Below are positions 12,253 through 24,715 of a stretch of 64,000 bases of DNA, in pieces. How positions within the stretch are numbered: position 1 is the stretch's first letter; each line of letters opens with the position of its first letter. The position numbers and the translations under genes were made by a program. Source of the DNA: Octopus sinensis (lineage: Eukaryota); the NCBI RefSeq assembly GCF_006345805.1, contig NC_042997.1, forward strand, positions 137,950,001 to 138,014,000. The letters are read 5' to 3'. The notes under the pieces were generated by a model, which saw only the letters and a program-made list of their open reading frames with translations, had not been told where the DNA came from and did not search any database.

Positions 12253-13854
12253 AAAGCATTGTACTATAGAATTAGGGACTTTCTTGAGTGAGTTGGTATC
12301 AAAAAGGGTTAACGGACACTAGGCAACCGTAGTGACTGTATAGAATTTGACTGATAGATTTACATTTTATCAATTTGGTAGGCTGAAAAATACATTGTAT
12401 ACATGATGCTATTGCAGTTAAAACATAGAAGTCAGTGGTTCTCAGACAAATACCAACCTCACCACCACTACCAAAACTAATAATTATATATTTTAGTGAA
12501 ATTTTCTTTATTCCACCTCATTAGTGAGAAATGTGAAATAGTTTATATGCATGTACAATATGTAATATATTTGTGTATTTACGAATGTGGAAGAACTTAT
12601 TTGTTGAAATAATCACAGCAGTAATTTCTCTGCACAGTCTACATGTGTGAAAACACATTGGGCAATGAATGACATTGTCGAATTGTAAGATACAGGTGTT
12701 TCTATGATCTTAATTGACTCCATTCTAGTTCATTCATTGCAAATAAAATATGTACTTGACAAAGTCAATGTAGTCAGCAAAACCACTTTCAAGATGTTCA
12801 ACACAGCACAGCTATAACTAGCAAAATATTAATTATATAGCTATAACCAGTAAAATAGAGGACCCCTTCCTAGTTGCTTTTCAGCACCTATGCTTCCTAT
12901 CCTCTAACTGTAAGCAGAATATTTCTTCACAGTCCTATAGTACAGGTAATTACAAAATAATAGTACAGGTAATTACAAAAGGAATAACAATGAAAATAAC
13001 ACTTAGCATCCTCATAAAATGCTCTCTGTTAGCACTGTTGATACCAACCCAACAGATATTATTCCTGGTTTTATAATAAAACCTCTAATTTTGATTCAAA
13101 AACTTTCAAAATTTTAACTAAGAACATTTTGTTATGCTTTTGTTTTTATCTGTTAGGAGAAAAGGTAACACACATGACCATTACAGGGACTTTCAGATCA
13201 GTCCCACTGCATGGTACCCTGGATATGGATCTTATAATAGTCACAGGCTGTACAAAGCCTTGAATGGATTTTGGTAAGCAGAAACTAAAAGAATCCTGTC
13301 ATCTATATAGATCATCATCATCATTTAATGTCTGTTTTCAATGCTGACATGGGTTGGATGGTTTGACAGGAGCTGGCAAGACAGAGAGCTGTACCAGGCT
13401 CCAATTTGTCTGTTTGGGCATGGTTTACAGAGCATGCTGGGTGTTTTTCACATAGCACTCGCATGGTTGTTTTATGTGGTGTTGGCACAGATGCTCTATA
13501 CATAGCACTGGCACAGGTGCTCTTTACATTGAGCTGGCACACTATAAATGTGTGTGTTTATATTTGGGGTTTATGAAAGCCACTTGCTGCAAATGATGAG
13601 GTTGCTTTCGGGAACAAATTTCCAACTTGATTGCACCTTCAAAGATGTCTGAAGTAAGAGATCCCTCACTTGAATATCAGGTAAAAGTTAGTGACAGGAA
13701 GAAAATCTGGCTACAAAACAATGCCCCAATACATTCATCTAACTAATGCTAGCACAGGAAAGTGGACATAAATTGAATGAAATATGAGTGAAAAAGGGCT
13801 ATATGTTAGCATTGCCACAGTCAAATAGCTGAAGCCAGTAACATAATCCTTTAT

Positions 13855-14925
13855 TCTATAGGTACAAGGCCTGACATTTTAGAGGAATGATCTAATCAAT
13901 TACATCAACCTCAATGCTCAACTGGTATTATTTTATTGATAAGAAGCATGTCTATCTAAGTGGAGTTTGAACTCAGAATGTTAAGATCCAGAAGAAATGC
14001 TGCTAAGCAGTTTGTCCAGTATGATAAAGATTCTGCCAACTCGAAGTTTTAATAATCATTTCTACTACAAGTACAGAACCAGAAATTTTGGGAGAGCAAG
14101 CTAGTTTTTTATGTTGGCCCAAGTGCTTAACAGGTCTTATTTTATTGGTCCTTAAAAGGACGAAAGCAAAGTTGACCCTAGCAGCATTTGAACCAGAATG
14201 TAAAACTGGGGGAAATGTCACTAAGCATTTTGTTGTCTGCTAATGATTCTGCTAGCTGAACACCTTAATAATGATTTCAGATTTTAGCACAAGGCCAGCA
14301 ATTTTGGGGAAGTGGGTAAGTCAATTATATTGACCCTAATACTCAACTGGTACTTATCACTTCAAAAGGATGAAAGGCAAAGTCAAGTTTAACCGAATTT
14401 GTCAACACCTTAATTCTTTTTACTATAGGCACAATGCCTCAAATTTTGGGAGAAGGAGATAGTCAAGTACATTGACCACAGCACTTAACAGGTACTTACT
14501 TTACTAACCCCAAAAGGATGACAGGTAAAGTTAATCTCTACAAAATTGGAACTCAAAATGAAATGAGCTGGAAGAAATGCTGCTAAACATTGTGTCCAAC
14601 ATGTTAATGATTCTGCCAGCTCACCACCTTAATAATAATAATCTTTCCTACTATAGCCACAAGAGGAGGGGTTAAGTCGATTATATCAACCCCACAATCC
14701 ATAGGATAAGGGTGTTGTTTATAGTATTTTCATTTTGAATTTTGTGTGGTTCAATACCTATTAGGAAAAGAAAGACTTGATTATATCAATCTCAGTTCTT
14801 GATTGGTATTTTATTTTACTCACTCTGGAAGGATGAAATGCAATGTTAATCTTAGCAGTATTTGATCTCAGAACTTGAGCTGGAACAAATAAATACTGCA
14901 AAGCATTTTATCCCATGGTCTAATA
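13855..14925 (-). mobile_element. Cluster of about five consecutive Nin/Deu-core-like SINE copies
   Basis: Repeated AACTGGTACTTAT..AAAGGATGAAAGGCAAAGT..ATTTGAACTCAGAA..AATGCTGCTAAGCA modules, all in the same orientation. Confidence 0.75.
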
Positions 14926-15423
14926 ATTCAGCTAAATGATTTCTTAATTAGAAAGTGGAAGGAAGTTGTGGAAAAGGGAGACTCAGGAAGACATGGGATG
15001 AAGTATTGAAGAACAACCTCAAAATTCTGAACCTTGTAAAGGAGATGACAGAGGACTAGGGTATGTAGTGTATTGCTATACTCCAGAAGACCCACCCGCC
15101 ACAACAGAATTGAGATCCTAAAACCAAGGTGCCATGTAAAAAGCACTGGTGGCAGTGTGACATAAAAAGTACCCAAACTGTGTGGAGTGGTTGGCATTAG
15201 AAAAGGCACTCAGCCACAAAATCTAAATCAAAAGATATTATGGAACCTGGTGTGGTCCCTGGGTGTACCAGTTTCTGTCATGCCATCCAACCCATGCCAG
15301 CATGGAAAATGGACATTAAATGATGATATTAGTGATGGTATTGATGAAAGCCACAAAGCCACAGAAACAACAGCTCCTTCATTTAAAAAAAAAAACAGAT
15401 TTAGAAAATGTATCCCAAATATT

Positions 15424-15619
15424 CATCATCATCATTTAACGTCCGCTTTCCATGCTAGCATCGGTTGAACAATTTTGACTGAGGTCTGGCGAACCAGATG
15501 GCTTCTACAGCTGGATGCCCTTCCTAACACCAACCACTCCGAGAGTGTAGTGGGTGCTTTTACATGCCACCGGCACGAGAGCCAGTCAGGTGGTACTGGC
15601 AACGGCCATGCTCAAATGG
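15424..15619 (-). mobile_element. SINE/LINE 3' tail fragment of RTE type
   Basis: Reverse complement of AAAAGCACCCACTACACTCTCGGAGTGGTTGG..AGGAAGGGCATCCAGCTGTAGAA..GCATGGAAAGCGGACGTTAAATGATGATGATG. This is the same tail as the RTE at 44255-45597. Confidence 0.8.
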
Positions 15620-15795
15620 TCGTCTCTTAAAAATACAAATGTTCGTATGTATTTTGTTTGTAATAAAGAAAACAGTATTCAGAATAGACCTAGCTAGTTT
15701 ATGAAACAATTAAGTAAAAGAATAAAGAATATATTTCAAAATTATGCCAAACACCTCTGTTCAGAAGTTTCATCCAAATTCAACACTGGATAATG

Positions 15796-15799
<4 letters not shown>

Positions 15800-15861
<62 letters not shown>

Positions 15862-15873
15862 CATATATATACA

Positions 15874-15909
<36 letters not shown>

Positions 15910-15988
15910 CATATATAACATATATATATATATATATACATATATATACATATATATACATATATATACATATATATACATAATATAC

Positions 15989-16020
<32 letters not shown>

Positions 16021-16075
16021 ATACACATATATATACACATACATACATGCACACACACACACACACACACACACA
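15800..16075. repeat. Long interrupted (AT)n/(AC)n microsatellite
   Basis: Direct reading; explains ORFs 15780-16141. Confidence 0.95.
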
Positions 16076-16160
16076 TAAATATACTTCTCTATCATTTTTA
16101 ATCAGCACATAGTTACAAAAGTGATCCAATCTCAGACACACCCTTCAAGTAAAAAGAGAG

Positions 16161-16214
<54 letters not shown>

Positions 16215-16532
16215 TGTGTGTGTGCGGGTGGGGGGTACATGCAGAAATAAATACATTTTTCTTTTGGATTTGTAAATTGAAAGTTTCAAGGAAAACTTCA
16301 TTGGGTTTGAAATGTTTAGTTAACCTTTTTTTATTTTTTTTACCATATTTCTGTTGTTATACACTACTCTTGTTTCAATTGATTTTGAAAAATAAAGAAT
16401 TTTTAAAAATAACTGTCGTTCTCAGGTTAGTAATTGGAACAGAAATTACTATGAAATTTCAGTGCAATGTTTTAAAGTATGAAGTTTGCACCATAAGACT
16501 AAAAGCAGTCTCAGGTAGGTTGGTCAAAAGGG

Positions 16533-16750
16533 TTAACACTTTAGCATTTAAACTGGCCAAAATATTCCAGCTGTTTTATGTTCAAACTAGCCAGATCTGG
16601 CCTTTCACACCAACCCTACAATATCATTCTAAAAATCAACAGTTACCTCATCAAAATCACAAAGCTACAAGATAATGTATGATTAATTCAAAACAATGTG
16701 AATAAAAAAGCATTATTTTTAATTAAATAAAGTGAATGCTAAAGAGTTAA
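16533..16750. mobile_element. TTAA-flanked piggyBac-type MITE, family A
   Basis: TTAACACTTTAGCATT...AATGCTAAAGAGTTAA termini. Same family at 27748, 30205, 41299 and 58595. Confidence 0.8.
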
Positions 16751-16799
16751 ATTATATATTGATAGCTATTTTAGAAATTTCAACATGCACTATACTTAC

Positions 16800-16888
16800 C
16801 GTCCTGATTATAGTTCCAGTGAAGCAGACGAGGTGTAGACAAAGGATCTATATATTCCTGGCAGTCCATTAAGAGAGACGACATAATG
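16800..16888 (-). CDS. Candidate 89-nt exon of an unidentified host gene (IMSSLLMDCQEYIDPLSTPRLLHWNYNQD; an alternative frame ends in a stop)
   Basis: Consensus donor G|gtaagt at 16800/16799 and acceptor taataccag. Unique sequence with higher GC than the flanks. Confidence 0.45.
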
Positions 16889-16921
16889 CTGGTATTAGAT
16901 TTTACACATACATTTTATATC

Positions 16922-16954
<33 letters not shown>

Positions 16955-17936
16955 GTGGTTCTCTTTCTCTTTTAGATATATATGTATATATAAACAGTCA
17001 GTCAAATGACTGAACCATTGTTTTAAGCTAGAGTTCTATATGGCAAACTGACCAATCAGAACAAAAGAATATTTTGAGTGACATTTCAGGGCTTCCAGTT
17101 GTTGCGCTTGACTTAAAGTCATATATGAGGTTTGATGATTTCATTGTAGCAAGATAATGTAAACATTTGAAAGCTTTATAGGATGGTCAGCTGGTGGATG
17201 ATGTTGAAGACAACAGTAATTCAGAATAGCAGAGGTGGTTAGAGGGTGAAAAGAAAAAAAAGAAAGAATGAAGGACAGAAGAAACACAGAGGAAATAAAG
17301 TAACCTTTAGCCTTCTGACAGATGACAACTCTTGGCTGCTCAACCCCTTACCCAAGCTGCTATAACCTAGCTTCTGTGTATGTGGTCGGTCATTCCTGTA
17401 GTAGATTTGTTTGAAGGGAGGTTGGTAATTTATTTAAAAAAGGAAAAAAAAGAAAAGAAAATTTAATCAAATATATAATTTATATCTGAATAACTTATTG
17501 TTCAACCTTTGAACTCCCAAACAACAAGAGACCATTGTTTCTCTAACCATCTTGAAGAACACACTCTTGTAGCATAACAATACATAGTCAATATAAGAAC
17601 CTATATATGGTTGTTTGCCCTGATAGAAATAGTAGCCAAAACTCCCTCATATCTTACCATTAAAAAAAGAAAGGGACACATGGGTAATCTATTTCCAAAT
17701 GCACTCTACCTTGGATAAAGAGGGATTGTCATGACTAGAATGTCCTATCATAGGTTGGCTAAGGTGGGGTTAAGAAGCTTGCTTCCCAACTCTGTGATCT
17801 TGGGTTCAGTCCTACTGCATAGCACCTTGGGCAAGCATCTTCTACAATATCCATATTCCCAGGCTGACCAAAGCCTTGTGAGTAGGTTTGGTACATGGAA
17901 AACTGAAAGAAGCCTTTCATATGTATGTGTGTGTTG

Positions 17937-19020
17937 ATAGGGAGGGGTCAAAAGCTGTTTTGACTATGGACCCGATCAGCTGAAAATCTGGTATTTCCAG
18001 ATTTTTTGAGAATGGCCAGGTCTAGGTATCCGGTGATGCTAGAAGGACACCCCCCCCACCATCAAGTGTCACCTGTGCCTGGAACCGGGCCATATCAAAA
18101 AGAACTGCCCTAAGGACCAAAATAAGGTCCTGGAGCAGTTGATAAAAATACTGCTCCCTGCTCCCTCATTGGAGGGAGAGAAGGAGAAAGTCAAGGAAGT
18201 GGAAACCTCCTCAAAAAAAGGAAAAAACGAAAGGTGGACAACAATGGGTGCCCACCGAAGGATCTGAGGGCTGCAGGAGGGAGGGAGGATCTGTTGAACA
18301 AGGTACAGGAACTACATCCTCCTGTGGCTCAAAGGGAAAAAAAAAATGGGACATTGCCGGTGGTTTGTGACACACTGCCGGCATGTCCTGAAGCATCTTT
18401 GGTGGGATTTGTGCCACCAAAGATGGAAATTTTACAACACCCCTATGATACAGAGGAGGAATTTGTGGTCCTCTTCGATAAGAGAGGGACAGTAGAGGGC
18501 TTTGTCAAGAAGCTTAAAAGGAAGGGTCAAAGGGAGGGGATTCTGTCCTGCACAGAGGACCCTGACTGGCCTTTGCAGGTGGCTGCAAAGGTCATGAGGG
18601 AGAACAACCTGTTCAGGATAAGGGTGTCCTTCCCTGAGGATACCTTCAGATTTATGCTAAATTGGCCCGACTTGGAACCGTCCAGGTATTTAGCTGAGGC
18701 GAGAAGTCTGGTCAGGCAGGAAGATTGTTTCATTGATTCATAAATGGACTTGTGTAAGAGGTTTATTGCCTCACAATGGCTTTGCATGTCGTAAATGTAA
18801 GAGGTCTATTGCCTCCTTAATGTGTTATTATGTAAGAAGTTTGTTGCCTCAATATGTTTTATAAAGAACAATGTGCTCGGGTAAACAGCAATTGGCTGGC
18901 GTTGTTGTTGTTGCCCTCATTATTATCATATCGTTAATCATTCCATCTCATTATGTCCGCGTCCAGCCCGCAGCTTCCTTTCTTTGTAAGGCCTTTGTGG
19001 CCAATTGAATGAATAAAAGA
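17937..19020 (+). mobile_element. 5'-truncated LINE-like element (L1/Tx1-type ORF1) with CCHC zinc knuckle, no ORF2, and a 3'UTR ending in AATAAA
   Basis: ..FPDFLRMARSRYPVMLEGHPP / IKCHLCLEPGHIKKNCPK (CX2CX4HX4C, 18067-18108), then ORF 18234-18743. Two homopolymer frameshifts. 3' end CTTTGTAAGGCCTTTGTGGCCAATTGAATGAATAAAAGA. Markedly GC-richer than the flanks. Confidence 0.7.
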
Positions 19021-19850
19021 AGCTTGCTTATCAACCAGATTAGTTCCGGATCCATGAGATCATGACCGAAGGGGGTCCTTGTTACTTGCAAGTGGCCTCT
19101 ACTACAACCTTGGCCCAATCAACGCCTTATGAGTGGATTTGATAGATGGAAACTGAAAGAAGTGTTTCCCACCACTGCTTGACAACTAATGTTGGTCTGT
19201 TTACTTCCCTGTAACTGAGTGGTTCAACAAAAGAGACTGGTGAAATAAGTATCAAGTATAACAAAATTAAGTACTGGGGTCGATTCATTTGACTAGAAAT
19301 TCAAAGTGGTGCCCCAGCATGGCCACATTCTAATAACTGAAAGAAGTAAAAGATAAAAAACTAAAAATAACAGGTTTCATATATTATTTTTCTGTATTAC
19401 ATTTAGTATTTGATAAAGTAATTTGATATAAGTAAACATTTTAGTGGTTTCTTGGGTAGTAAATACAATTCAGTTTTAATATCTTGATTTGGAAGAAATG
19501 ATAATATTTTGAATTAAATAAGGTAATTGTTTTTTAAATAGCAACCTGTGCATCACACTTAAAGCAGATACATCATGGAAGGCATATTAACTGCAGTATT
19601 TGTCCTGTGATAATACCTCTGATAGATATTACAGTTGATTAGGTTTTCCATAATGTATCTGACTTAGACATGATGAACAGAACTTTTCCAAAGAATTTGA
19701 CAGTAAAATAATTAATGGCAAAATATTCCCAGTCAGAAACTGATATTTTTCTAAGTTTACAAAGAATTTAACATAAAACAATGATATCTATCATTAGATG
19801 GGTAATGAGGTCAGTAAGAGGTACATAAACGATTGTCAATAAAGTAACAA

Positions 19851-20166
19851 AGACCCCCTTCAGTCATGAATGACCGTGGGATTGCACCTAGAAAGTTTCC
19901 CTCCAAGGCACAAGTCCAGGCAAAGTTGTTTATGGAAGATCTGCAGTCGCCCATGCATACTAGCCTCCCCTCTCCATGCCACCGATGTTGCCCAAGGGAA
20001 AGGCAAAGGCACAAGTGACGTTGCAACTCATTTCTACAGATAAGTGAACTGGAGTAACATGAAATAAAGTGTCTTGCTCAAGAGCACAACACACAGCCCT
20101 GTTTAGGAATTGAACTCACTACCTCATGGTTGTGATCCCAACACTAACCACTGAACCATGTGCCTT
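19851..20166 (-). mobile_element. tRNA-derived SINE (CORE-like family)
   Basis: Colinear with 11952-12252. Confidence 0.8.
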
Positions 20167-20589
20167 TACCAATAAAGTAATACTATGGATATAAACATAA
20201 TTACTAAACTACTAAAGTAAGAAAACATTCGCATCCAATTTCTTGTAGAAATCAGCAAAATTTTCAAACATAGCTTTGCAACATATATTTAAAAGAGGGT
20301 AAAATCCAGAATATTAAGAAAATATTGGTGGTAGTTTGTGTCGGCAACAATTAATTCAAAGTGTTTGCTAAGTTTAACCACTGTGAGAGTGAAGAATCTA
20401 ATGGTGTGAGATTTTGTTCATCTGAGAGAGAAGTATTATTGTCATAAGCAACAATACTTTTTTTTTTTACCTTAATACTCTTTGACAAAAAGCAAGAACC
20501 TGAATCATTTGACTTTTCCATCCTCATCACAACCAATTCATGAGTATCCTTCCTTGGGTCCTTAACTCTTGATGTATTCATAAAGTTAC

Positions 20590-20650
20590 CTTCATTTTAT
20601 ACAGTGTGTCTTGGGCATGTAAAACCTGGTAGAGCCCATAATGTCCAAAT
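20590..20650 (-). CDS. Candidate 61-nt exon (FGHYGLYQVLHAQDTLYKMK)
   Basis: Acceptor ctgtgatcag, donor AAG|gtaact, one fully open frame. Confidence 0.25.
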
Positions 20651-21785
20651 CTGATCACAGGGAGTGTGTGTGTGTATGTGAGAGAGAGAGAGACAAACAG
20701 AGAGTAAGGAAGATCATGGGCCATGTGATTGCAAACATCAACAGAGAAACATACATCTGATCAAGAACTTGGGAAAAGAAATGCTGCCCAATGTGCAAAC
20801 ATGCACAGGAAGGACTAAAACACCACTATTGAATTTAAACTCTTCTATGAACACTTATATGCAACAGGGATCATCTACAACATGTAACCACAACTGAGTT
20901 TTGTAAAATGTAAACATGATCAATTAAGTAAAACTTGAGATACTTTTTATCAGTCTCAGAGTGATGAAAAAGCAGGAGTGAGCCACCAAATTTTAGGAAT
21001 AAAAACTTGACTGTTCCAACAAAGAATCTCTATACAGTTGTTCATTAACAGAAATAGTAACCAAATCCTTCTCAAATCACACCCTACTGTCTCAAAGGAT
21101 ATTATATAATATTGTTCTAGATACATACTGCTTTAAACAACTAAAAAGAAACACATACCAAATATGCATAATTGGAATGCTTTTGATCACCGACAGTTGA
21201 GCTGAGACTAAACAATGACAGTAATATTTTTAAAGTTTTTCTATATCTTTGGATCATCTTGTAAGTGTTAACCAAAACAGAGGCATTAACAATACAGAAC
21301 TAACCTAGATTTCTGTTGTTACAAGGAATGGATCAAACAAAATAGTAAATGAACTAACAAAATATCTGTCAGCAATTTTTACAAGGGTGCCACTACTTAC
21401 AGTGGTGAGTAATTTTTATACTACTGTACTTACAACTAGGTTGATTATATCCTGTAACATTAAGTGCCTTAATGAATGATACAGTGTAGTGCCAAAATGT
21501 CAAACCACATACATGTCTGTTGCAAGTTCAATATTCTCAGTCAAAAAGGAAAATGATGGTTCCAAATGAGAATCAAAATTAATTTGAAGACACAGATTAC
21601 CAGGAACTTACAAATGTGGTGCATTCACACATGCATACACATATATATTCAATTTCCAGTTGAGGGATGGATGGCATAATTCACTGAATTTGATACAAAT
21701 ATTTACAGTCTTTACTATAAATTTGTGATAAGACCACAAATTTGGGAAAAGGTTTAGTTGAGCGAATTAACCCCAGAACATTGTA

Positions 21786-21925
21786 TTTGAGGGTGAGCTG
21801 AAAAGTTCATGGGCTGACTATGAAGGATTGATACTAGAGCTGTGAAATCTTGCATGTATTGATTTCAGTGCTTCTTTTTAATAATTTCACTGTTTCTCTC
21901 CAGGTTAACTTACATCTGATTGTTC
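21786..21925 (+). mobile_element. Mariner-type terminal fragment
   Basis: GAGGGTGAGCTGAAAAGTTC resembles the TIR at 23952. No partner end found. Confidence 0.4.
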
Positions 21926-23051
21926 AAAGAACAGGGTTAACTAAAAGTCTGAAAACAAGTATGGGCATTTAGAATATTTGAAAATGCTTTGGACAGGTAA
22001 AGGGTAAATATTTGAAATGCTAAAATGATACAGTATGGTCAAATAGATAGTGAGAGAGAAATAATAATCTAGCTGCCTTCCACATCAATCATTTAACTTT
22101 TCTACTGCTTTTACAGAAGTGGATAATTGTCAAAACATTCTAATAACTGATAATTCTGAGCTAAAACTAAAAATAAGCCAACAGAAAAAGCAACAACCTC
22201 AACTCATGGTCAAAAACTAGGTCATGCATATTGCCTGAGTACAAAACTCTTGGTCAGCTAAATCTGTCTGATAAAAAAAAACCCAACTGAATGAAGCAAG
22301 TTCTACCAGCTAAAAAAAATATAGGATACTACTTTACTAGAAAGAAAGAAGCAGTTATGCTCATCTGGATGTTTAATATTGTGCATATGAAGAGACTTGG
22401 AAACATAATATAGGTTGTTATGGTTTAAGTCATTTCATATTTGTAGTTATTGCTCTCTTGGATAGATCACAGGACCATATTTTGATTGTGCATTTCATTA
22501 TTCACTTGGTTTCTACAGCTGGATGCGCTTCCTATTCACCAACCATTTGCTATTGTTTTGAGTACATTTTATTGTAGCACCAACACCAGGGAGGTTGCCT
22601 TTCACTCTGCAACACCAAAGAAGCCTAACTATTCTTTGACATTTATTTAGTGAAGAAAATATGACAAAGAAAATAAATAGAGAAAAAGAATGTAAACAGA
22701 AATACCAGGATGGTTGGGGTGAAAAGAGCAAGAGTATGGTAACTGAAACAAAGTGATTGAGACTAGAAAGTGAGAGAGAGTAGGAGAAAGAGTGATGGAT
22801 AATAACTGAAACAGACAATGGTAAGAATAAGTCACATATGTCAATAACAAGTGGCTCTGAGCATGTGAGTGATGACTGGTAATACAGAAACAGTGATGGT
22901 AGATTGTAGGGTGAGAAAGGATTGAATATGAGTAGGTTCAATACCATCTCTTGTTACAGAGGCAGCAAAGTACAGATATATAGAAGGGACCCACTGCCAT
23001 CTTTAGTTACATGAGTGGCATAGCACATTGAATAAAAGTGAATGGTGAAAG

Positions 23052-23269
23052 AATGAGTGATAGAGGTGAGCACACATCAAACAAGTGAAAGAAGCAGCAA
23101 ATATAAACTTAACAGGGACATAATGAGTAAGACACACATGTGAGAGAGAGAGAAACAGACAATGCCTCTTTGCGTCCATCACTGTCACCATTATACATTT
23201 GAATTTTGCAACCATTGTGGTTCTTTTCCATGAGGCCAAGTATCTGGAGATCAGTGCCTTGTACCCTAT
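23052..23269 (+). repeat. ~218-bp direct repeat, copy 1
   Basis: Aligns to 24201-24423; the last ~53 nt are identical. Confidence 0.9.
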
Positions 23270-23499
23270 GCCTGATTCCTCTTATATCCCAGTTTTTCTT
23301 TCAGTTCATTTGCACTCCATCATTCAACCTGTATCAGGTTAACTATAAACAGAAGCAATCAAGCTATGTCCATCCCATCTATTTTAAATGGGTGATGAAA
23401 GATTACACTAACCAAAAATTGTAGTGTTATTTCCAATACAAGGTTCGATACTTGTTGCAGTGTGGTGTTTTGTGTGTCTCAATAATCCTGAGAGCTATA

Positions 23500-23885
23500 C
23501 CAGTGAACCACAAGCACCTGGTTAGTTTCTCATGCTGGACAGGTCAAAGGAGAGATACCAGATTAATATGGACTTATGTCTTATCAGAAGTAAAAACAGG
23601 ATTGTGTCAGGGCCAATGCCCCTTGCTAGACGGAAGCAAAGTTATAGATGCAACAATGACAACTGAAAACCAACAAGACCTGGAGAAACCTAAGGAAAGC
23701 ATAATCCCACAAAAAAGTAGATGTGAGGACATGCTAAAATCAATAAGAGGAAGAATGTTGAGACAGAGCTGAATAATCAATGATCCTACTGGTCAGAAAC
23801 AAAACAGACAGTCCAGAGTCAAGAACAGTGGAAAAACGTTGATAGCCTATGCTCCTTAGGGAGTGAAGAGATTAAAGAAAGAAGA
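23500..23885 (+). pseudogene. Degenerate RTE-clade LINE RT and 3' end fragments
   Basis: VKTGLCQGQCPLL (cf. VKTGVRQGC.LSP) and RKNVETEL..WSE..QSQEQWKNVDSLCSLGSEE, typical of the RTE C-terminus. Confidence 0.55.
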
Positions 23886-23951
23886 AAAGGGTTGTCTAGT
23901 GAAGGCAGATAGTAGAGTGGTTAGGATGTTGGATTTGTGATTATTGAATTG

Positions 23952-24173
23952 TATGAGGGCGGGGCTGCTGAAAAGTTCCTGGCTTTAAGGCTATTGTGAA
24001 AGGCCTGGTTGGAGACCCAACCTCCCAAGTTCTTTTACAGGGCTCAGAAGAACTGAAGGACCACTGCAATAAGTGTGTGAACATGAGAGGGGAATATGTT
24101 GAATAAAATCAATTAACTGATTCTCCTACATTTTCTTTAACCCAAAGCCAAGAACTTTTCAACACCCCCATCA
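23952..24173 (+). mobile_element. Mariner-derived MITE
   Basis: TIRs GGGGCTGCTGAAAAGTTCCTGGCTTT and AAAGCCAAGAACTTTTCAACACCCCC. The interior encodes the mariner C-terminal end LKDHCNKCVNMRGEYVE*. Confidence 0.8.
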
Positions 24174-24200
24174 CAGGTTTGATACATGGACCAGGTAACA

Positions 24201-24423
24201 AATGAGTGATAGCGGTGAGCACACATCAAACAAGTGAAAGAAGCAGTAAATATAAACTTAACAGGGACATAATGGGTAAGACATACATAATGAGAGAGAA
24301 AGAGAGAGAAAAACAGACAATGCGTCTGCATCCATCAGTCACCATTTTACATTCGAATTTTGCAATCATTGTGGTTCTTTTCCATGAGGCCAAGTATCTG
24401 GAGATCAGTGCCTTGTACCCTAT
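24201..24423 (+). repeat. ~220-bp direct repeat, copy 2
   Basis: Aligns to 23052-23269. Confidence 0.9.
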
Positions 24424-24715
24424 AACGGATATCCTATGCTGAAAATGATCACCAATGACAGCTAGGAGTAACTCTGCAATGGTCTAGCACTCAATTCAAA
24501 CAAGGGTGGGTCAGAGAAACTTGTAGACTTAGTCATCTAAGTGCTTTGAAAAATGTAGATGAGGCCCAACCTCAAGAGCCAGTAGATTCAAAGCAGACAA
24601 AGAAAGGATATTACTTATGGGAGATTTGGTTGGTATTTGTAGCAGGTGCAACAACTGTAAAGAATTTATTCGTGAATTTCAAAGAAAATTAAAAGGAGAA
24701 TTCAGATACAGGTGC

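Noticed and set aside
15780-16141. Tyr/Ile-rich ORFs
   Set aside because: Translations of (AT)n microsatellite; the same applies to those at 63200-63540.
16121-16675. 184-aa ORF, the longest in the track
   Set aside because: Built from a (GA)n microsatellite, AT-rich filler and a piggyBac-type MITE; no coding signature.
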